Assembly: GCA_964655355.1 (NCBI GenBank)
Contig: CAZZMD010000053.1
Coordinates: forward strand, 562 to 32,561
Reading direction: 5' to 3'
Length of the DNA stretch: 32,000 nucleotides
DNA from: an uncultured bacterium
Lineage (GTDB): Bacteria; Cyanobacteriota; Cyanobacteriia; CACIAM-69d
The position numbers were made by a program, and so were the translations under genes. Every line of letters starts with the position of its first letter. The stretch's first letter is position 1. This document shows, piece after piece, positions 1 through 8,032 of the stretch. Under the pieces are notes generated by a model. It worked only from the letters and a program-made list of their open reading frames with translations, searched no databases and was not told the origin of the DNA.

Positions 1-391
1 TTTCATCCGGTGTTTCCGCAAAGAGTTGATTCAGCGTTGCCGTCAATAAATCCTCTGGCGTATCCGGTGCATAGATTTTGGTGCTAACGGGGCTCAGCTC
101 CAGCGATCGCCCCGTATCTTTCAGCCAATACACCATCACCGATTGCTCAATGGCGGCCGGTGCGGCAGGGGTTGTGGGTGCGGGGGATGCTTCGCCGCCA
201 GGGATAGCCGTGGGGGACGGGGAAACGGTCACGGCGGAAGCGGTCGGTGCAGGCTCGGGGACGTCGCTTTGCTGTTGGCTGGTCACCCAAGCGGTGGCGG
301 CTCCCACGGCGATCGCGACGGCGGCTCCCATGGAAAGTCCTAACGGTATCCGCTTCGAAGATGCTTTGGAATTGGAATTACGATCCGCCAT
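1..391 (-). CDS. Membrane-anchored GerMN-domain-like protein; 5' part only, the gene runs off the left edge of the window
   Basis: My own minus-strand translation from the ATG at 391..389 stays open to position 1. It reads MADRNSNSKASSKRIPLGLSMGAAVAIAVGAATAWV (a TM anchor), then a Pro/Ala/Thr-rich linker, then SVMVYWLKDTGRSLELSPVSTKIYAPDTPEDLLTATLNQLF, which resembles the start of GerMN domains. It is absent from the ORF track because there is no stop in the window. It competes with + ORF 78..527, which looks like a Gly/Ala-rich antisense shadow. Confidence 0.5.
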   Translation of the reverse strand, partial: MADRNSNSKASSKRIPLGLSMGAAVAIAVGAATAWVTSQQQSDVPEPAPTASAVTVSPSPTAIPGGEASPAPTTPAAPAAIEQSVMVYWLKDTGRSLELSPVSTKIYAPDTPEDLLTATLNQLFAETPDE

Positions 392-808
392 GATTCATCC
401 TCTTCAATCTCTAATGTCAGAGCGTCTGTCTGCGCTTCAGACCTGTGCCCCAAGCGATCGCCCCGCCGCCTTAGTTCTATTCTATGAAGCCTGGTGGGGC
501 GATCGCGATTCCCGGGACGCTTTGTGAAGTGGAGGGGGTGCCATCATCCACAGCCTCCCAATGAATCGGCTTGTAACAATTTAAGCTTGTCCAAGGAGAT
601 CAATACAGGATGATGAATTCAATGGCGTCGCGGGAAAGGCCCCGTAATATCTGAGATGTTCACCGTTGAGGGTCCTGGTATACACTAGATCCCATCAGCG
701 AGAGTGAGACATATTTAATACAAGAAATTGTCTTCCACACACTGAGTATTTTGACGGGTAAGCATCTTTGCACTCCAACTCCAGTCGTTACTTTTCTCGT
801 CCCCCATC

Positions 809-1792
809 ATGTTATTTAACGCCACCGATCTCCTGATCAATGATTTTGTGAATCGTCTGCAAGAGGGTTATCAGCGCACTTACGGTAATTGGAAGGAAAA
901 TTACAAAGATATTTTGGCTTGGGCGGGGGGCGTGGCCCTGGAGAATATTGCGAATGGGGATGCCCTTTATCACAACGTGGAGCACACCATTCTGGTGACG
1001 TTGGTGGGGCAGGAGGTGATTCGGGGGAGGCAGATTCGAGAGGGGGGAGTTCTCCCTGGAGACTGGCTCCATTTCATTATTTCGCTCCTGTTCCATGATG
1101 TGGGCTATATCAAGGGGGTTTGCCAGGAGGATGGCAATGGCTGGTATGCCACGGGGGTGGGGGAGGAGCGAGTTCGGTTATCGTTCGGCGCGACTGATGC
1201 GAGTTTGACCCCTTACCATGTCGATCGCAGTAAGCGATTTATTGAAGAGCGGTTTGGCGGACACAAGCTGATCGATGTGGAGATTCTGAAGCGGAATGTG
1301 GAGTTGACCCGGTTTCCGGTGCCTGATGGTGAGGATCGACAGGAGACGCGAAATTTTCCGGGGCTGGTGCGGGCGGCGGATTTGTTGGGGCAGTTGAGTG
1401 ATCCGCGATATTTCAACAAAATCTGCGCCCTGTTTTATGAGTTTGAGGAGACGGGGATGAATCAGATCCTCGGTTATCAAACCCCAGGGGATTTACGGGC
1501 GAATTATGCTCAGTTCTTCTGGAAGGAGGTGTATCCCTATGTCAAAGATGCGTTGGAGTATTTGTCGTTGACCCAGGCGGGTAAGCAGATTGCGGCGAAT
1601 TTATATTCCAATGTGTTTGTGGTGGAGCATGGATCGGATTCGGTGGTGCCTGCCCCTTGCCCGCGATCGCCGTTAGAGAATGAGGCGTCCCAGATTTTGG
1701 ATCAGCCTTTCTCGGGGGGCGATCGGGATATGGACCGGGGCGCTGACCAGGAAGTGTCTCCCACGTTGATCGGGGAACGGCTGGCGGTTTAG
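809..1792 (+). CDS. HD-domain metal-dependent phosphohydrolase
   Basis: 327-aa ORF. It carries an H...HD signature (YHNVEHT ... LLFHDVGYIKG) typical of the HD superfamily, plus a low-complexity C-terminal tail. Confidence 0.8.
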   Translation: MLFNATDLLINDFVNRLQEGYQRTYGNWKENYKDILAWAGGVALENIANGDALYHNVEHTILVTLVGQEVIRGRQIREGGVLPGDWLHFIISLLFHDVGYIKGVCQEDGNGWYATGVGEERVRLSFGATDASLTPYHVDRSKRFIEERFGGHKLIDVEILKRNVELTRFPVPDGEDRQETRNFPGLVRAADLLGQLSDPRYFNKICALFYEFEETGMNQILGYQTPGDLRANYAQFFWKEVYPYVKDALEYLSLTQAGKQIAANLYSNVFVVEHGSDSVVPAPCPRSPLENEASQILDQPFSGGDRDMDRGADQEVSPTLIGERLAV

Positions 1793-1815
1793 GGCGATCA
1801 GGTTTAGGGCGATCA
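1786..1815. repeat. Tandem duplication, 15-nt unit x2 (ggtttagggcgatca)
   Basis: Two perfect adjacent copies at 1786-1800 and 1801-1815. The first copy contains the TAG stop (1790-1792) of the HD-domain gene. Confidence 0.85.
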
Positions 1816-1821
1816 GTAGGA

Positions 1822-1853
1822 CTCAAGCGCCAGCCTTGTACCTGGCACTTGAG
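1822..1853. terminator. Strong hairpin between convergent genes; possible bidirectional terminator, but it lacks a U-tract
   Basis: CTCAAG-c-GCCAG (1822-1833), loop ccttgtac, then CTGGC-a-CTTGAG (1842-1853). This gives 11 bp with one 1x1 mismatch. It lies between the HD gene stop (1792) and the oxidoreductase stop (1925). No T-run follows on either strand. Confidence 0.35.
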
Positions 1854-1885
1854 CCTTAGAAAGAAACCATTCACTTGTTCTTTAA

Positions 1886-1942
1886 AATCCCAGGTCCTAG
1901 AATCCCGGTCCTAGAATCCCAGCACTAGAGCCCCAGGACCTG
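1886..1942. repeat. Tandem array of about 14-nt units x4 (aatccc[a]ggtcctag family)
   Basis: Units lie at 1886-1900, 1901-1914, 1915-1928 and 1929-1942, the last one degenerate. Each of the first three ends in the palindrome CTAG. The third CTAG supplies the stop codon (1927..1925) of the minus-strand oxidoreductase gene. Confidence 0.8.
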
Positions 1943-3418
1943 TCCCACTTCTTTACCCAGCTGCTGTCCCATTTGCCCCAGGACTGGCCCTAGGACGGCG
2001 GGGTGGATCAGACACCAGGGGGAGGCGGCCATGTGCTGGAGATGCCACACCCGATCATGGATCTGGGGGTGCTGGTCCGTTAGGGTCAGAACCCGTTGGA
2101 GATACCGTTGCATCAGGCGCATCCACCATTGGGGTTCGGGGCCTTCGGTGGTGGGCCAGCGTAGGTCTTCGCCGGTGGCCATTAACCACGGGAGCTGAAG
2201 TACGGAGCCGAGGCTTTTCCGGAAGCGATCGCCGGCGCGGGTCAGGTTCGGGCGATCGCTGGTGCCGGTGTTATCCAGCCAGTGACCCAGTCGCTGGGCG
2301 GATAGGGCTGCAACGGTCATTCCTTGGCCATAGAGGGGGTTAAAGGCACAGACCCCATCACCCAACGTTACTAGGCGGGCGGGAAAACGATCCATGGTTT
2401 CGTAGTGACGCCACCGGTTGGCGGTGCCCCGATAGAGTTTGACGGCGGAGACGGGGACCGCGTGGCGAATGGCGTTGTAGATAGCGCGGTTGCGCAGGCT
2501 GCGGGCGAATTTCAGAAAATCCTGGTCGTGGGCGGTGGGATAGTCGCCGCCGGTGCCGGAGAGGGTGACCACCCAGCGGTTCCCTTCCACGGGGTACAGG
2601 ACTCCCGCCCGGGTTTGATAGGGGGGCTTGGCCCAAATCAGCAGGGATTTCCAGTTCCATTGCTCGCCGCGATTGGGGTGGTGATATTCCGGCGGAATTT
2701 CAAACCATTGGCTGGCATAGCCGAGCTTGGCGTCAATGACCGTTTCTTCCGGTAGCTCATAGCCCCATTCCGTCAGCCATTGGGGCAGGGGCGATCGCCG
2801 GCCGGTGGCATCTACGACCAATTCTCCGGTTACGGTATAGCGCTTTTGACCCCGCCGTACCGTGACGCCGGTGACCTGATCCCGACGCCCTGAGCCCCGC
2901 TCTAGCACTAGGCCCGATACGGTGACACCGGTCATAAATTTCACGTTGTCCCACTCTTGCAGGCGATCGCGGATGAGTTGTTCCAATAGCGATCGGCTAC
3001 AGGTGCGGGTGGTTAGCCCCGATTCGAAGCGGGGATTCCAGTCCCCTAATCCCATCATCAAACAGTCGGCGGTCCAATTTACGGCCGGGGACCCGGCTGC
3101 TGCTAATTCTTGCGTTAAACCGGGGAACAGGTTTTCCATGATGTGCAACCCTTTGGCCAGCAGCACATGGACATGGTCCGTTTGGGGGACCCCCGGGCGT
3201 GGACTGTTGGGGGTCAGGCGATCGCGTTCGATGATGACCACGGTTTCGAACCGTTCCGCCAATTCCCGTGCGGTCAATAGTCCCGTAATGCTGGCGCCGA
3301 GCACCACCGCTTGACCGGGGATTTTACGACCGGTCGAGACGGGGCGATCGCGCTTTCGGGACCGCAGGGGAATGAGGTTATCGGGAACCTGTTGGAAGGG
3401 GAGAGAGGAGGAAACCAT
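1925..3418 (-). CDS. FAD/NAD(P)-binding oxidoreductase (monooxygenase-like)
   Basis: 497-aa ORF. It has an N-terminal Rossmann dinucleotide-binding motif (AVVLGASITGLLTARELAERFETVVIIERD, GxGxxG followed by an acidic residue). Substrate is unknown. Confidence 0.75.
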   Translation of the reverse strand: MVSSSLPFQQVPDNLIPLRSRKRDRPVSTGRKIPGQAVVLGASITGLLTARELAERFETVVIIERDRLTPNSPRPGVPQTDHVHVLLAKGLHIMENLFPGLTQELAAAGSPAVNWTADCLMMGLGDWNPRFESGLTTRTCSRSLLEQLIRDRLQEWDNVKFMTGVTVSGLVLERGSGRRDQVTGVTVRRGQKRYTVTGELVVDATGRRSPLPQWLTEWGYELPEETVIDAKLGYASQWFEIPPEYHHPNRGEQWNWKSLLIWAKPPYQTRAGVLYPVEGNRWVVTLSGTGGDYPTAHDQDFLKFARSLRNRAIYNAIRHAVPVSAVKLYRGTANRWRHYETMDRFPARLVTLGDGVCAFNPLYGQGMTVAALSAQRLGHWLDNTGTSDRPNLTRAGDRFRKSLGSVLQLPWLMATGEDLRWPTTEGPEPQWWMRLMQRYLQRVLTLTDQHPQIHDRVWHLQHMAASPWCLIHPAVLGPVLGQMGQQLGKEVGQVLGL

Positions 3419-3756
3419 GGAAGAGAAGACCCTTGGGCGCGGTAAAACTTACCTCCTCTCTTCGAGATTGCTATGCCCTGTCCGGAGCCTCAAACACTTC
3501 CCAAATTGTCCCCTGCTCCCTTGACGTAAGGCTTTCGAGGGGAATGGGGCTGACTCGCTGAATCTGTTGAGCGTCCCCTGACAATCTGGTCTGAATAACG
3601 CTGACTGACTACGAGGATGATGACGGGATGATGACGATGGGGCCCACCCGATTCCTGAACCGGACCCATCGGCGATCGCATTCCCCCTCCCTGGGCGCTA
3701 CTCCCGAGGCGTTACTCTCTGGGCGCTACAGCATCTCTGATCGCTATCCTTGGGCG

Positions 3757-4455
3757 CTACAACAAACCGCGATAGCGGATAAATAGCAAAATTGCTGCCC
3801 AGGAGCCTAGGGCCACCTTCAGGGCCACCAGGGCATTTAATAGGGGAATCGATCCCCCACTGATCAGTCCGCCGAAGGTGCCCATGGGTAAGGCCCATCC
3901 CCCCAGGGTCAACACCGCCAGCACAATAAACACCAGCACCGACAGCTTTTCCAGCTTCGCCGCATTCCAACGCTTGTAAATTCCTTCCATCCAGTCCGCG
4001 GGGGAGGTGATGGCTACCAATCCGATCGCTGTTCCGCCGGCCACCCCTGCCGCAAAACCACCACCGGGGCTGAGGTGTCCCCGCAACATCAGTTCGATGC
4101 ACACCAGGGCGGCGATCATGGCCCCCAGCCGCGCTAGGACGATTGACGGCTGGTCTTTGAATTGGTGAATGGTGGGGGACGGTTGTTCGTCCGCCAGAAG
4201 ATAGCGCACCCCCATAATCGACAGGGTGAACACCACCACCTCAAAAATGGTGTCGTAGAGGCGATTGCGGAAAATAATCCCCGATACGGTGTTTGGAATG
4301 CCGGTGTCTTGCACGACGGCCGCCACTACTTCGGCGCTGGATAGGCCTGAGGTGGGGTTCGGCGTCAGCAGCATTTTTAAACAGAGGGCAATGCCCGCCA
4401 GGATATATATCCATTTCATGGGGGACTGTATGGGCGACTGTGTGGGCGACTTCAT
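3757..4455 (-). CDS. mrpB: Mrp/Mnh-type cation:proton antiporter subunit B (MnhB domain)
   Basis: Polytopic membrane protein with an MnhB-like segment (NTVSGIIFRNRLYDTIFEVVVFTLSIMGV). It is the last gene of the mrp cluster. The track ORF (to 4584) has a Pro/Arg/Lys-rich N-terminus that overlaps the upstream gene and is encoded by tandem repeats. I therefore prefer the internal start MKSPTQ at 4455; MKW at 4419 is an alternative. Confidence 0.7.
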   Translation of the reverse strand: MKSPTQSPIQSPMKWIYILAGIALCLKMLLTPNPTSGLSSAEVVAAVVQDTGIPNTVSGIIFRNRLYDTIFEVVVFTLSIMGVRYLLADEQPSPTIHQFKDQPSIVLARLGAMIAALVCIELMLRGHLSPGGGFAAGVAGGTAIGLVAITSPADWMEGIYKRWNAAKLEKLSVLVFIVLAVLTLGGWALPMGTFGGLISGGSIPLLNALVALKVALGSWAAILLFIRYRGLL

Positions 4456-4465
4456 GGGGGGGGAT
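4418..4465. repeat. Tandem array, 12-nt unit x4 (atgggcgactgt family)
   Basis: Units lie at 4418-4429, 4430-4441, 4442-4453 and 4454-4465. On the minus strand they encode SPxQ repeats lying between the two candidate mrpB start codons (4455 and 4419). Confidence 0.75.
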
Positions 4466-4487
4466 GGTCTCCGATGTCTCCTAGAGG

Positions 4488-4547
4488 TTGGGCGTTTGGG
4501 GATTGGGCGTTTAGATGTTGAGCGTTTAGGGGTTGGGCGTTCCCGTG
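4488..4547. repeat. Tandem array, 15-nt unit x4 (ttgggcgttt-nnnnn)
   Basis: Units lie at 4488-4502, 4503-4517, 4518-4532 and 4533-4547. The array spans the last 7 codons and the TAA stop (4528..4526) of the DUF4040 gene and continues into the gap before mrpB. Confidence 0.8.
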
Positions 4548-5302
4548 GGGGAGGGGGGATTTTTCGAATCTGACGCGGGGGCAAGATCTTTCGGCGGTAA
4601 CTCTCCGATCTCTGCCGGTCGAAGGGTGGCGATCGCCGGATTGAGTTCCTGTTGCATTAGCTCGTGCAGCCGCTCGACCCGTACGGTCAAACCATAGGGG
4701 CGATCGCTGTCCTTAGACCCGGTCTCCGCTGTGGATTGCCCCGCGAAAAAAGCTGTGGCAACGGCATGGACTTCCCGGGCGGCCAGGGCCTGGTCGAGGG
4801 CATGGCGATCGGGGAAGAAAAATAGCTCTAGCCGCAGGTAATGCTTCCCACAAAATCCTCGCAATTCCTGCAATAGGGGTTCAAATTCCGGCGGATCATC
4901 CTCCGTATTGACCGATCGCAAAATGGGATCCACCAGGGAGCGAGGCACCGTGCGGGTTTTTCGTTCCGCTGCATCCACTTCGTCCCAATTGCCGGCAATC
5001 CCCTCCTCTAAATCCTCCTCGTGCAGGTCCTCTGGTTGTCCCACAATCCCGAGACGCAGTTCCAAGGACGATCGCACCGCTACCGCATAGAGGGTGATGG
5101 CTAACATCGTCCCCACCAATGCCTCCGTTAGGGCTACGTCCGCTGCCCCGAATAGGGCATAGACCAGGGCTGCAATGCCCCCCAGAATCCCTCGCACCAC
5201 TAGGGCATGGTAGGGATTTTTCTGGAGGACCGTCATCACTGCGGCGATCGGCAGTAACACCGTGATCGCCAGTACGTCCCACTGGGTGATGGCATCATTC
5301 AT
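4526..5302 (-). CDS. DUF4040/MbhD-domain (MrpA C-terminal-like) antiporter subunit with a long hydrophilic C-terminal extension
   Basis: The start is taken at MNDAITQW (ATG 5302..5300), which overlaps the mrpG stop. The first ~80 aa form 3 TM helices with the conserved GAADVALTEALVG motif of DUF4040/MbhD. The remaining ~175 aa are hydrophilic and acidic. Confidence 0.65.
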   Translation of the reverse strand: MNDAITQWDVLAITVLLPIAAVMTVLQKNPYHALVVRGILGGIAALVYALFGAADVALTEALVGTMLAITLYAVAVRSSLELRLGIVGQPEDLHEEDLEEGIAGNWDEVDAAERKTRTVPRSLVDPILRSVNTEDDPPEFEPLLQELRGFCGKHYLRLELFFFPDRHALDQALAAREVHAVATAFFAGQSTAETGSKDSDRPYGLTVRVERLHELMQQELNPAIATLRPAEIGELPPKDLAPASDSKNPPSPTGTPNP

Positions 5303-5585
5303 GGGCGCTCTCCTGGGTTGAGCAGTAGGCCAGGACATAGCCCAAAATCGTATTCCAGATCGCTAGGGCAATCAGCGCCAGGACCAATAGGGGCCATTCA
5401 CTGGGGATGCGCAGCAATAATCCCACTACGATCGCCATGGAGCCTAAGGTATCGGACACCGATAGGGCATGGAGTTTGAACAGTACGGAGCGCGGTCCCA
5501 CCAAGGGCACCGTTCCCCATAGCCAAAACACCAGTCCGATAACAATACAGCCGGTGCTGATCCAATGAATAATTTGCTCAATCAC
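5295..5585 (-). CDS. mrpG: Mrp/Mnh antiporter subunit G
   Basis: The start is taken at the GTG (5585..5583), which overlaps the mrpF TGA stop as GTGA. The 96-aa product VIEQIIHWISTG... carries the MnhG-like motif FKLHALSVSDTLGS. The track ORF start at 5678 would overlap mrpF by 97 nt. Confidence 0.7.
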   Translation of the reverse strand: MIEQIIHWISTGCIVIGLVFWLWGTVPLVGPRSVLFKLHALSVSDTLGSMAIVVGLLLRIPSEWPLLVLALIALAIWNTILGYVLAYCSTQESAHE

Positions 5586-5833
5586 GACTCGTTCACCCGT
5601 TTCAACACCTGCGCTAGTAGCATGAGGGACGCATTGCCGACGCTGAGGATCAAAACCCCCACCAGCCCGATCATCCAATCATCCCGCAATACGGAGATGA
5701 CCAGGATCATGATGGAGGCTTTGGTGGAGACGCTGGCGAAGGCTAGCATTTTTTGCCAGATATCCTTGTCCTGAAATGCCTCATAGATGGGAATCAAGAG
5801 AATCAGGATCATCGGGGCTAAAATCCAGTTCAT
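5582..5833 (-). CDS. mrpF: Mrp/Mnh antiporter subunit F
   Basis: 83-aa protein with three TM helices, in the position between mrpE and mrpG. It has 4-nt start/stop overlaps with both neighbours. Confidence 0.7.
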   Translation of the reverse strand: MNWILAPMILILLIPIYEAFQDKDIWQKMLAFASVSTKASIMILVISVLRDDWMIGLVGVLILSVGNASLMLLAQVLKRVNES

Positions 5834-6219
5834 TTTGGGTTCCTCCGACGAATCCAGTGGACTTCATACCATCCTCGCTCGTCATATCGCGTGACGATGG
5901 TTTTGGGGGTGAAGGTGATGACGAAGATATCTAAGAAGACTAGCCCTGGGGTGCGACGGGGGGGCACTTGGGTCCGGGAAACGGCTTCGTGGCGATGGGG
6001 ACGCAGCATGATCTCGAACGCTTCTCGATAGGCCTGGGGGATGGCGCGCACGCTTTCCCAAATGGCGCGAGCCCAATCCTTGATGGCGGCGGGTTGACTG
6101 GCGCTGCGGGGTATGGCGAGGGACACCACAAATCCAATGACGATGTTGGTGGGGCTTAGGTCGGCGGTGAGCAGGAACCAGATGGTGAGCCGTAGTAATA
6201 AATCAGGGTAGCCAATCAT
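5830..6219 (-). CDS. mrpE: Mrp/Mnh antiporter subunit E
   Basis: 129 aa. It has an N-terminal WFLLT-type hydrophobic region typical of MnhE. Its position in the operon and its 4-nt overlaps with mrpD and mrpF support the call. Confidence 0.65.
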   Translation of the reverse strand: MIGYPDLLLRLTIWFLLTADLSPTNIVIGFVVSLAIPRSASQPAAIKDWARAIWESVRAIPQAYREAFEIMLRPHRHEAVSRTQVPPRRTPGLVFLDIFVITFTPKTIVTRYDERGWYEVHWIRRRNPK

Positions 6220-7688
6220 CCTAGGCCTCCCGCCGGAATGGCAAAGAGGAGCAGCAGTAGCAGGGCGATCGCACTGAGGCTCATGGCTCCCACCAGGTGT
6301 TCTAGGTGTTCAAATAGGCGCGGCAGGGTGAGGGAAACCCGTCGGATGGCGACCCAGTAAATAAGCCAGCCCGCGGCGATGGTGGCGATCGCTTTGAGCA
6401 TGCTGTCCAAGCTGTAGGCTTCCAGATAAACCCCGTTGGCGAGGATTAATCCCCCGATCAGGACAACCATGGGGGGGGCTAGGGTCTGGATTTTTTCGGG
6501 GGCGGTGACGGTGTTGCTGTGGGGGAGGAAGAGGAATTTGGCGAGGAGGATCGCGGTGCCGACGGCGGCGGTGTTTAGGGCGATCGCTTGCCAGGGGAGG
6601 AATGATTTGGAAACCAGGGCTTTGGCCCCAAACCCGACCAGTAGCGGCATTCCGGAAATGGAGAGGGCCCCGATCGCCACCAGGATCCAGAGGGACCGGG
6701 CGATCGGTTTTTGGTTTAACGTGGCAAACTCACGGCTGGGGAGGGAGCCCACCGATAGGAATAGGGTCGCTTTGGCTAATCCATGGGACAGGGCATACAA
6801 TCCTGCCGCCGCTGGCACGGCCAGCACAAATCCCATTTGGGACACCGTGCTTAGGGCTAGGGTTCGCTTGGTATCCCGCTCAAAAATGCCGTAGCCGACC
6901 CCCAGCAAGGCTGTAGCAACGCCCGCCAGACGGAGAATGGGATCCACGGCCGGGACGAGCAGGGCACAGCGGACGAGGGCCAGCAGGGCTGTTTTAATGA
7001 CGACTCCGGATAACATTGCCGAGACGGGACTATCCGCTTCCGCGTGGGTTTGGGGCAGCCATAGCCCGGAGACAAATACGCCTCCCTTCGCCAGGAGCCC
7101 TAGGAAAATGAGGGCGATCGCTTCTGGGGGGGCTTGGGCTAATCCCTCAAATCGGAAGGAGTGGTTGGCTTCATACACCAGCGCTACGCCCACCAGGTAG
7201 AACAACATGGCGGTGTTGCTCACAAATAGGTATCGCAGCCCGACCCAGATGGTCCGAGGCGATCGCGAATAGGTCACCAGTAAAAATGACGCAATGCTGA
7301 GCACCTCCAGCGCCACGTAGAGGCTGATAAAGTCCACGCATAGGAAGGCGGCGTTGACGGCCCCGTGCAACAGGATGACCTGGGTGTAGAAAAAGGCGGT
7401 TTTGGTGCTGTTCCAGCAGTAGAGCAGGACCGCTAGGGTGACCAGGGCATTGGTGATGATGAAAAAGGCCCCGAGGGAGTCCACCAGGAGTGTTACCCCA
7501 AAGCTATCCAGCAACTGGAAGGGCTCCGGTGATGGCAATAAAAAACTCAGCCCCGCAAAGGCGATCGAGGTGAGCACCACCCCCGATGCGAGGAACCGGT
7601 CCAGTTCCGGCAGCAGGTAAATGCTGAAGCCCACAAAAAACGGTAGCGCCGCCCACGCCACCGTCAGCAGTGGCAGTATCTCAGTCAT
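6216..7688 (-). CDS. mrpD: Mrp/Mnh antiporter subunit D (NuoN/NdhD-like proton-conducting membrane transporter)
   Basis: 490-aa polytopic protein of the complex I antiporter-like subunit type. ATGA overlap with the mrpC stop at 7685-7688. Confidence 0.85.
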   Translation of the reverse strand: MTEILPLLTVAWAALPFFVGFSIYLLPELDRFLASGVVLTSIAFAGLSFLLPSPEPFQLLDSFGVTLLVDSLGAFFIITNALVTLAVLLYCWNSTKTAFFYTQVILLHGAVNAAFLCVDFISLYVALEVLSIASFLLVTYSRSPRTIWVGLRYLFVSNTAMLFYLVGVALVYEANHSFRFEGLAQAPPEAIALIFLGLLAKGGVFVSGLWLPQTHAEADSPVSAMLSGVVIKTALLALVRCALLVPAVDPILRLAGVATALLGVGYGIFERDTKRTLALSTVSQMGFVLAVPAAAGLYALSHGLAKATLFLSVGSLPSREFATLNQKPIARSLWILVAIGALSISGMPLLVGFGAKALVSKSFLPWQAIALNTAAVGTAILLAKFLFLPHSNTVTAPEKIQTLAPPMVVLIGGLILANGVYLEAYSLDSMLKAIATIAAGWLIYWVAIRRVSLTLPRLFEHLEHLVGAMSLSAIALLLLLLFAIPAGGLG

Positions 7689-8032
7689 GGGCGGTAGCTC
7701 CGTTCAATGGCGTTCGTCTCCAGGGTGGGATTATCCCGCGCCAATTTCATGACTCCCACCAGCATTAGGGCTTGGATCGAAAATCCAATGACGATCGCGG
7801 TCAAAATCACCGCCTGGGGTACCGGATCGGCATAGGTTCCTGCTTCCAGGACGGCGTCGGCGTTGTCGGCGATGGGGGCAAACCATCCCTGTCGCCCCGC
7901 TGTGAGGACGTAGTAGGCGATCGTGCCGGTGCTCATCACGTCCATGGCGATGATTTTCATCACCAGATTGCGCTTCAGGATGAGTCCGAAAAAGCCGCAT
8001 AAGATTGTCGTGAAGACGCACGCGTCCAGCAT
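7685..8032 (-). CDS. mrpC: Mrp/Mnh antiporter subunit C (NuoK-like)
   Basis: 115 aa. It has the conserved ADPVPQAVILTAIVIGF motif of MnhC/NuoK-type subunits and is the first gene of the cluster. Confidence 0.8.
   Translation of the reverse strand: MLDACVFTTILCGFFGLILKRNLVMKIIAMDVMSTGTIAYYVLTAGRQGWFAPIADNADAVLEAGTYADPVPQAVILTAIVIGFSIQALMLVGVMKLARDNPTLETNAIERSYRP

Noticed and set aside
78-527. 149-aa + strand ORF, with nested ORF 143..343, at the left edge
   Set aside because: It is Gly/Ala/Val/Ser-rich low-complexity sequence. It lies antisense to a much more protein-like minus-strand reading frame (TM anchor, linker, GerMN-like start) that is open from 391 to the window edge. I treat it as a shadow ORF. 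Its 45-codon tail (390..527) downstream of the minus-strand start cannot be supported either.
3691-3760. Regularly spaced 11-mer repeats considered as a mini-CRISPR array
   Set aside because: The repeats are only 11 nt, there are three copies, and the spacers are 17-20 nt. No cas genes are present and the repeat has no hairpin-forming potential. It does not meet CRISPR criteria.
3490-4102. Minus-strand ORFs 3490..3681 (63 aa) and 3698..4102 (134 aa)
   Set aside because: The first lies in the non-coding gap upstream of the oxidoreductase gene and is unconvincing in composition. The second is an alternative frame within mrpB. Neither has supporting motifs.
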